This document shows, one piece after another, positions 58,157-64,000 of a DNA stretch of 64,000 nt. The notes below the pieces were generated by a model. The model was not told the DNA's origin and did not search any database. It saw only the letters and a list, made by a program, of their open reading frames with translations. Numbering within the stretch: position 1 is the first letter of the stretch; each line of letters starts with the position of its first letter. Source of the stretch: Candidatus Oxydemutator sp. Lineage in GTDB: Bacteria; Pseudomonadota; Gammaproteobacteria; Poriferisulfidales; Oxydemutatoraceae. The DNA lies in contig OZ241883.1 in NCBI GenBank assembly GCA_965203445.1, positions 896,001 to 960,000 of the forward strand, read 5' to 3'. Made by a program: the position numbers and the translations under genes.

Positions 58157-58273
58157 ACCATGAAATCTCTGCGATAGGCGCCGAGATTTCATGGTGGGGA
58201 GAGAGCGGACGCAGGCCTGAAAAGCTTCCGGAGAACCATGAAATCTCTGCGACAGACGCCGAGATTTCATGGT
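58157..58273. promoter_or_regulatory. Two 39-bp palindromes 78 bp apart (candidate operators)
   Basis: ACCATGAAATCTC-N13-GAGATTTCATGGT at 58157-58195 and 58235-58273. Confidence 0.7.
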
Positions 58274-58349
58274 AAGGGGAGGTCGGCCACGCTGCGCCCT
58301 TGCTGAATCCGCCCCGAATCCGCCCATGGTATATAATTCCAGGGCGACG

Positions 58350-58871
58350 ATGAACGCCAAGCCGACCATGAACGCCGCGCCCGTATTCCGCCCCGCCCCG
58401 TCGAGCGCGAGCACCGCGCCGCGCGTGGCGCAATTCGTAATCCGTCCCAATCGTTCGCTGTCGCGACGTGGCAACCAGTTCTTTTTCTTGACGCTTTTTT
58501 GCGTTTCCTTCATCATCGCGGGGGTGTTCACGGCGATGGGAATGTGGGTGATCCTGCCGTTTGCCGGCTTCGAGATGCTTGGTCTCGGCGCCGCGTTGTA
58601 TTGCTGCGTGCACCGACTGTCGCGGCGCGAGACCGTGGTGGTGGATGGGGACGAGGTGCGCGTCAGCAGCGGCCACGAAAAACCGGAGCACAGTTGCACG
58701 TTCCAGCGCGCCTGGGCGAGGGTGGTACTGTCTTCGCCGTGCAACCGAGGCGCGCCGTCGCGCTTGTGGATACGCTCGCACGGACGCCAGGTCGAGATCG
58801 GCTCTTTCCTGAGCGATGCCGACAAGGGGAATCTGGCGAGGGCGCTCGACCGCGCCATCGCCCGCGCCTAA
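58350..58871 (+). CDS. DUF2244 membrane protein
   Basis: PNRSLS, W.ILPFAGFE, VEIGSFL; upstream of coxB. Confidence 0.85.
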   Translation: MNAKPTMNAAPVFRPAPSSASTAPRVAQFVIRPNRSLSRRGNQFFFLTLFCVSFIIAGVFTAMGMWVILPFAGFEMLGLGAALYCCVHRLSRRETVVVDGDEVRVSSGHEKPEHSCTFQRAWARVVLSSPCNRGAPSRLWIRSHGRQVEIGSFLSDADKGNLARALDRAIARA

Positions 58872-58889
58872 GGGAGCGAAGGAACGACG

Positions 58890-59768
58890 ATGCGAATAAC
58901 GGGAATTCTGCGGCGGTTTGCGGGCGCCTTGCCGGCTGCGGCCCCGAGCGCGGCGCTCGCCGACTTGCAGCCGTACAACATGCCGGTCGGCGTGACCGAC
59001 ATCAGCCGCGAGGTGTACGACCTGCATATGCTGATCTTCTGGATCTGCGTGGCCATCGGCGTGGTCGTGTTCGGCGTGATGATGGTGTCGCTGGTGCGCC
59101 ACCGCAAGGCGCGCGGCTACGAGGCGCGCCAGTTCCACGAGAGCACCACCGCCGAGGTGGTATGGACGGTCATTCCGCTGATCATCCTGATTGCGATGGC
59201 GGTGCCGGCGACCAAAGTCCTTATCAAGATGGAGGACACCGCGCGCGCCGACCTGACCGTGAAGATCACCGGCTACCAGTGGCTTTGGCACTACGAATAT
59301 CTCGATGAGGGCGTCGAGTTTTACAGCGCGCTGGCGACGCCGCGCGAGCAGATCTACAACGTGCAGCAGAAGGGCGAGAACTACCTGCTCGAAGTGGACA
59401 ACGAACTGGTGCTGCCGGTGGGGCGCAAGGTGCGCTTTCTGATCACGTCGAACGACGTGCTGCACGCGTGGTGGGTGCCCGATCTCGCGGTCAAGAAGGA
59501 CGCGATTCCGGGCTTCATCAACGAATCCTGGACGCAGATCGAGGAACCGGGCGTGTACCGCGGCCAGTGCGCCGAACTGTGCGGGCGCGACCACGGCTTC
59601 ATGCCGATAGTCGTGCGCGCCCTCGAGGAGGCCGAATACAACCAATGGGTTGCCGGTATGCGCACGACGCAACCGGTCGCCGCGGCCGACGGCCGCGTGC
59701 GGCTGACGGCGAGTGATACGGCACGGATCGGGACAACTCAGGACAACAACGGGGGAGTAACGCGATGA
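58890..59768 (+). CDS. coxB: Cytochrome c oxidase subunit II
   Basis: GYQWLWHY, DVLHAW, GQCAELCGRDHGFM. Confidence 0.96.
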   Translation: MRITGILRRFAGALPAAAPSAALADLQPYNMPVGVTDISREVYDLHMLIFWICVAIGVVVFGVMMVSLVRHRKARGYEARQFHESTTAEVVWTVIPLIILIAMAVPATKVLIKMEDTARADLTVKITGYQWLWHYEYLDEGVEFYSALATPREQIYNVQQKGENYLLEVDNELVLPVGRKVRFLITSNDVLHAWWVPDLAVKKDAIPGFINESWTQIEEPGVYRGQCAELCGRDHGFMPIVVRALEEAEYNQWVAGMRTTQPVAAADGRVRLTASDTARIGTTQDNNGGVTR

Positions 59769-61339
59769 GCGCAACGGCGGTTGACGACCACCACCACGAA
59801 GGCCCCGCCAGCGGCGTCATGCGCTGGATCTGCACGACCAACCACAAGGACATCGGCACGCTGTACCTGTTCTTTGCGCTGATCATGTTCTTCCTGGGCG
59901 GCCTGATGGCGCTGGTGATACGCGCCGAGCTGTTCCAGCCGGGCCTGCAGATGGTGGACCCGCAGTTCTTCAACTCGATGACGACGATGCACGCGCTGCT
60001 GATGATCTTCGGCGTCGTGATGCCGGCCTTCACGGGGCTGGCCAACTGGCTGATACCGATGATGGTCGGCGGCACCGACATGGCGCTGCCGCGCTTGAAC
60101 AACTGGAGCTTCTGGATCCTGCCGTTCGCGTTTGCGATGCTCCTGGCGACGCTGTTCGTGCCGGGCGGCGCGCCCGCCGGCGGCTGGACGCTGTATCCGC
60201 CGCTGACGCTGCAAACCGGCGCGGCGCTGCCGTTGTTGATCTTCTCGATCCACCTGATGGGCATGTCTTCCATCATGGGCGCGATCAACGTCATCGCGAC
60301 GATACTCAACATGCGCGCGCCGGGCATGACCCTGATGAAAATGCCGCTGTTCGTCTGGACCTGGCTGATCACCGCCTACCTGCTGATCGCGGTGATGCCG
60401 GTGCTGGCCGGCGGCGTGACGATGCTGCTGACCGACAAGTTTTTCGGCACCAGTTTCTTCAACGCGGCCGGCGGCGGCGACCCGGTGATGTTTCAGCACA
60501 TCTTCTGGTTCTTCGGCCATCCCGAGGTGTATATCCTGATCCTGCCGTCGTTCGGCGTCATCTCGAGCATCCTGCCGACGTTTGCGCGCAAGCCGCTGTT
60601 CGGCTACAACTCGATGGTCTATGCCACCGCGTCCATCGCCTTTCTGTCGTTCGTCGTCTGGGCGCACCACATGTTCACGGTCGGCATGCCGCTGGCCGGG
60701 CAGCTGTTCTTCATGCTCTCGACGATGCTGATCGCGGTGCCGACCGGCGTCAAGGTGTTCAACTGGGTGGCGACGATGTGGCGCGGTTCGATGACCTTCG
60801 AGACGCCGATGCTGTTCGCGATCGCGTTCATCGTGCTGTTCACCATCGGCGGTTTTTCGGGGCTGATGCTCGCCATCGTGCCCGCCGACTACCAGTACCA
60901 CGACACCTATTTCGTCGTCGCCCACTTCCACTACGTGCTGGTGCCGGGTTCGATCTTTGCGATCATGGCGGCGGTCTACTACTGGTTGCCGAAGTGGAGC
61001 GGTCACATGTACAACGAGACGCTCGGCAAGTGGCACTTCTGGCTGTCGACGATATTCGTCAACCTGACGTTCTTCCCGATGCACTTCGTCGGCCTCGCCG
61101 GTATGCCGCGCCGCATTCCCGACTACGCGCTGCAATTCACCGACTACAACGTGATGGCGAGCGTCGGCGCGTTCGGTTTCGGTCTGGCGCAGCTGCTGTT
61201 CCTGTATATCGTCGTGGCCACGGTGCGCGGCGGCCAGAAAGCGACCGACCGCGTGTGGGAGGGCGCCGACGGCCTCGAATGGACGCTGCCGTCGCCGCCG
61301 CCGTACCATAGCTTCACGACGCCGCCGCAGGTTCGTTGA
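59765..61339 (+). CDS. coxA: Cytochrome c oxidase subunit I
   Basis: WFFGHPEVY, WAHH, VAHFH, MPRR. Confidence 0.97.
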   Translation: MSATAVDDHHHEGPASGVMRWICTTNHKDIGTLYLFFALIMFFLGGLMALVIRAELFQPGLQMVDPQFFNSMTTMHALLMIFGVVMPAFTGLANWLIPMMVGGTDMALPRLNNWSFWILPFAFAMLLATLFVPGGAPAGGWTLYPPLTLQTGAALPLLIFSIHLMGMSSIMGAINVIATILNMRAPGMTLMKMPLFVWTWLITAYLLIAVMPVLAGGVTMLLTDKFFGTSFFNAAGGGDPVMFQHIFWFFGHPEVYILILPSFGVISSILPTFARKPLFGYNSMVYATASIAFLSFVVWAHHMFTVGMPLAGQLFFMLSTMLIAVPTGVKVFNWVATMWRGSMTFETPMLFAIAFIVLFTIGGFSGLMLAIVPADYQYHDTYFVVAHFHYVLVPGSIFAIMAAVYYWLPKWSGHMYNETLGKWHFWLSTIFVNLTFFPMHFVGLAGMPRRIPDYALQFTDYNVMASVGAFGFGLAQLLFLYIVVATVRGGQKATDRVWEGADGLEWTLPSPPPYHSFTTPPQVR

Positions 61340-61359
61340 GCAGCGCCGCCCGTGCGTGG

Positions 61360-61482
61360 ATGAATGAAGCCCCCGACCAAGGCCGCGACCAATCCGGCAG
61401 CGTGCGCGTCACGGCTCTCGCTTTGGCGCTCGCCGCGTTGTCGGTGTACGCGGCCTTCTACCTGATCGTCGCGACGCGATGA
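61360..61482 (+). CDS. 40-aa single-TM cox-operon small protein
   Basis: MNEAPDQGRDQSGSVRVTALALALAALSVYAAFYLIVATR*; stop overlaps the ctaG ATG; below the ORF-track cutoff. Confidence 0.65.
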   Translation: MNEAPDQGRDQSGSVRVTALALALAALSVYAAFYLIVATR

Positions 61483-62033
61483 ACCGCAACGGCAGACTGG
61501 CGTTGAAATTGGGCGCGCTTACCGTGGCCATGTTCGGTTTCGGTTTTGCGATGGTGCCGATCTACGACGTGTTCTGCGAGCTCACCGGCTTGAACGGCAA
61601 GACCGGGCGCGCCGAGATTGCCGAGGCCGCCGCGTTGCGCGCCGACGAGTCGCGCACCATCACCGTCGAGTTGCTGGCCAACCTGAACCAATCCATGGAC
61701 TGGGAGTTCGCGCCCGCGCTCTCGCGCGTGAGCGTGCATCCGGGCGAGATGAAAACGGTGCACTACCGTGTAAGAAACCGTCGCGACCAGGCCGTCGCCG
61801 GACAGGCCGTGCCCAGCGTGACGCCGGGAGCGGCCGCCGCGCATTTCAAGAAGGTCGAGTGTTTCTGCTTTTTGCGCCAGGAATTGGCGCCCCACGAGGA
61901 GCGCGATATGCCGGTGCGTTTTTACGTCGCCCCCGACCTGCCCGCGCACGTGCACACGATTTCCCTGTCCTACACGTTTTTTGACGTGACCGAAACGGCC
62001 ACCGGCGGCGCCGCGCGCGACGAGACCGGCTGA
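61479..62033 (+). CDS. ctaG: Cytochrome c oxidase assembly protein CtaG/Cox11
   Basis: VPIYDVFC, ECFCF, LSYTFF. Confidence 0.94.
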   Translation: MNRNGRLALKLGALTVAMFGFGFAMVPIYDVFCELTGLNGKTGRAEIAEAAALRADESRTITVELLANLNQSMDWEFAPALSRVSVHPGEMKTVHYRVRNRRDQAVAGQAVPSVTPGAAAAHFKKVECFCFLRQELAPHEERDMPVRFYVAPDLPAHVHTISLSYTFFDVTETATGGAARDETG

Positions 62034-62043
62034 GGAATACCCG

Positions 62044-62922
62044 ATGTCCGCACAATCCGCATCAACCCAATACTACATTCCGCACGGCAGCCACTGGCCG
62101 ATACTCGGTTCGATTGCGCTGTTCACGCTGTTCGTCGGCGTCTCGGCGTTTTTGAACGAACTTCCGATAGGCGTGCCGTTGATGGGCGTCGGTCTTGCGA
62201 TACTGATCGTGATGATGTTTGGCTGGTTCGGCACCGTGGTGCGCGAGAGCGAGGCCGCCACCTACAACGACCAAGTGGACGTCTCGTTTCGCTGGGGCAT
62301 GTTCTGGTTCATATTTTCCGAGGTCATGTTCTTTGCCGCGTTCTTCGGCGCGTTGTTCTACGCGCGTACTTTTTCGCTGCCGTGGCTCGGCGGCGAAGGC
62401 AGCGGCGCCGCGACCAATCTGTATCTGTGGCCGAATTTCGAGGCGCTTTGGCCCGGCAACGCCGACGGTCCGGCGCGCATCGGGGGCGGTTTTGCACACA
62501 TGCCGGCGTGGGGCATTCCGGCGCTCAACACGCTGATCCTGCTGACCAGCGGCGTCACCGTGACGTGGGCGCACCACGGACTCAGGGCGAACCGGCGCGG
62601 CGTGCTGATCTTCGGCCTGTTTCTGACGGTTGCGCTCGGCGCGCTGTTCGTCGGCTTGCAGGCCTACGAGTACATCCACGCCTATAGAGATCTGAACCTG
62701 ACACTGGGTTCCGGCGTGTACGGTTCGACCTTCTTCATGCTGACCGGTTTCCACGGCCTGCACGTGACCATAGGCGCGATCATGCTGCTGGTGGTGTTGG
62801 CCAGGAGCATCGCCGGCCACTTCACCCCCGAGCGCCATTTCGCGTTCGAGGCCGCGGCTTGGTACTGGCACTTCGTGGACGTCGTCTGGCTCGGCCTGTT
62901 CTTCTTCGTCTATTGGCTTTGA
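62044..62922 (+). CDS. coxC: Cytochrome c oxidase subunit III
   Basis: FIFSEVMFF, TGFHGLHV, WYWHFVDVVW. Confidence 0.96.
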   Translation: MSAQSASTQYYIPHGSHWPILGSIALFTLFVGVSAFLNELPIGVPLMGVGLAILIVMMFGWFGTVVRESEAATYNDQVDVSFRWGMFWFIFSEVMFFAAFFGALFYARTFSLPWLGGEGSGAATNLYLWPNFEALWPGNADGPARIGGGFAHMPAWGIPALNTLILLTSGVTVTWAHHGLRANRRGVLIFGLFLTVALGALFVGLQAYEYIHAYRDLNLTLGSGVYGSTFFMLTGFHGLHVTIGAIMLLVVLARSIAGHFTPERHFAFEAAAWYWHFVDVVWLGLFFFVYWL

Positions 62923-62977
62923 TCGGGAGCGGGGCGCTTCGCCCGCATCCCTCTCCATCATTCCCGCGGGGGCTGGA

Positions 62978-63417
62978 TTATTTTTGCCCGGGAAGGCTAT
63001 TCGGGCAAACTTGATCGTAGGTCAGTGGTGAAGGATTTTTTGTGGTTCTGGCCCTGTTGATTGCCGCTCCCCATTGCGTACATCTGGCAAGGTGCGCTGC
63101 TCGGGATTTGGCTCTGGTAGTATAATCTGCATAGTTACCGATCAGCATAAGCGGAACAAGGCCAACGATGAACCAGATCACGAGACCGCCCAAAAACTTG
63201 GCTTCGTCTTCATCAATTTTTCCTTCCCTCTGAATGGGGTATATAGCGCTATACCTATACCTGCCAAGATCGTTGGCAGCACTGCCGAGGCAACGACCGC
63301 GCCCGAACCACTGCTGACGCCTACTATGTAACCAACGGTGGCTCCGGTAAGCAGAATGGCTATAGTGATAACGCTGCTTGCCCTCACATTGTAAGGCTGC
63401 CAAACGCCGCCCACCAA
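62978..63417 (-). pseudogene. Low-GC hypothetical membrane protein split across two frames
   Basis: TM-rich frame 63178-63417 followed by a TM-rich C-terminal part in frame 62978-63403. Confidence 0.4.
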
Positions 63418-63620
63418 TTTGTACGTGTGGAACGCAACAGCTCTTCCTCTAAATTTGTTATGTCTTCCGTGCTTTCGGATGGCAGGTTTGCAGTACCCGT
63501 GGTCGAGGTTGCATGGGCTTCCGCTATCAGATAGTTGTATTCGGGGGCTGCCGGGGCATCAGCCGGATCACCGAACGCGACAGCAGGCGCAAAGAAGAAA
63601 ATCCACAATGTCTTTTTCAA
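63384..63620 (-). CDS. Small secreted hypothetical protein
   Basis: GAGAGGGG SD, MKKTLWIFFFAPAVAFG signal peptide. Confidence 0.5.
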   Translation of the reverse strand: MKKTLWIFFFAPAVAFGDPADAPAAPEYNYLIAEAHATSTTGTANLPSESTEDITNLEEELLRSTRTNWWAAFGSLTM

Positions 63621-63786
63621 TGGTGTTGTCCCCTCTCTTCCGCTAATTCAAGGAAAGTCATTACGACCTCGAAACGATTTTAGCATGATTTATCCTTCGT
63701 AATCCGGTTCGCCCCATGTGGGGAAAGTCAACTGGGGCACCGCTTTTGCAGAAGCAACAAAAAGAATAGGAGAATGACGACGCGAA

Positions 63787-64000
63787 TGTATAGGGCCAGA
63801 AACATTCTGGACAATATCTTAGCCGCAGAAAGGTAGCCGACATGCAAATAAAGCACGTCGGCTACCGCGTCCCAGGGTTGCGTAAAATAGCTTCCTATGC
63901 AAACCGAATGGAGGCTATTATGGCAACGAGTGCCGAACGCAAATACGACGCCCTCATATTCTGGGATAATCATGGCTTGCCTGCAACCCAAGACGCCTTC
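63787..64000 (+). mobile_element. Second IS481 copy, left end and transposase start (ATG 63842), cut by window edge
   Basis: Nearly identical to the reverse complement of ~1891-2104 with a few substitutions. Confidence 0.93.

Noticed and set aside
58157-58273. Mini-CRISPR (39-bp repeat, 39-bp spacer)
   Set aside because: Only two repeats, long perfect inverted arms typical of operators, located at a promoter, no cas genes.

Overview
High-GC gammaproteobacterial chromosome segment; the accessory content suggests a marine host-associated lineage, which is inference only. The core backbone is comF-bioB-bioF-radC, the origin-proximal cluster mnmE-yidC-rnpA-rpmH-dnaA-dnaN-recF-gyrB (two parS sites inside recF), xth, mutY, yggX, tRNA-Phe, cysQ, ubiK, comM, cytochrome c5 and a coxB-coxA-ctaG-coxC operon. 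The first ~24 kb is a mobile/defence region. It holds a TnpB gene missed by the ORF track (cut by the left edge), a complete IS481-family element inserted between a promoter and an NspV-like type II RM pair, a DUF4143 ATPase and a BacNav-type channel. It continues with DUF3800 preceded by a promoter and a compact three-way-junction RNA, a tightly coupled type III Res-Mod-Sir2(DSR1-like)-RelE/UvrD helicase operon, a 187-bp REP-like tandem array, a TIR-TPR gene bracketed by two 468-bp direct repeats that each encode a 71-aa GIY-YIG nuclease, and higBA. Degenerate IS481 ends recur at the junctions of accessory cargo. A decayed tandem duplication at 49.9-55.4 kb carries a GlyGly-CTERM protease with a strongly structured 5' leader, a Fic gene and a vanadium haloperoxidase remnant. 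A second IS481 copy is cut by the right edge. Family assignments come from motif recognition by eye, not database searches.
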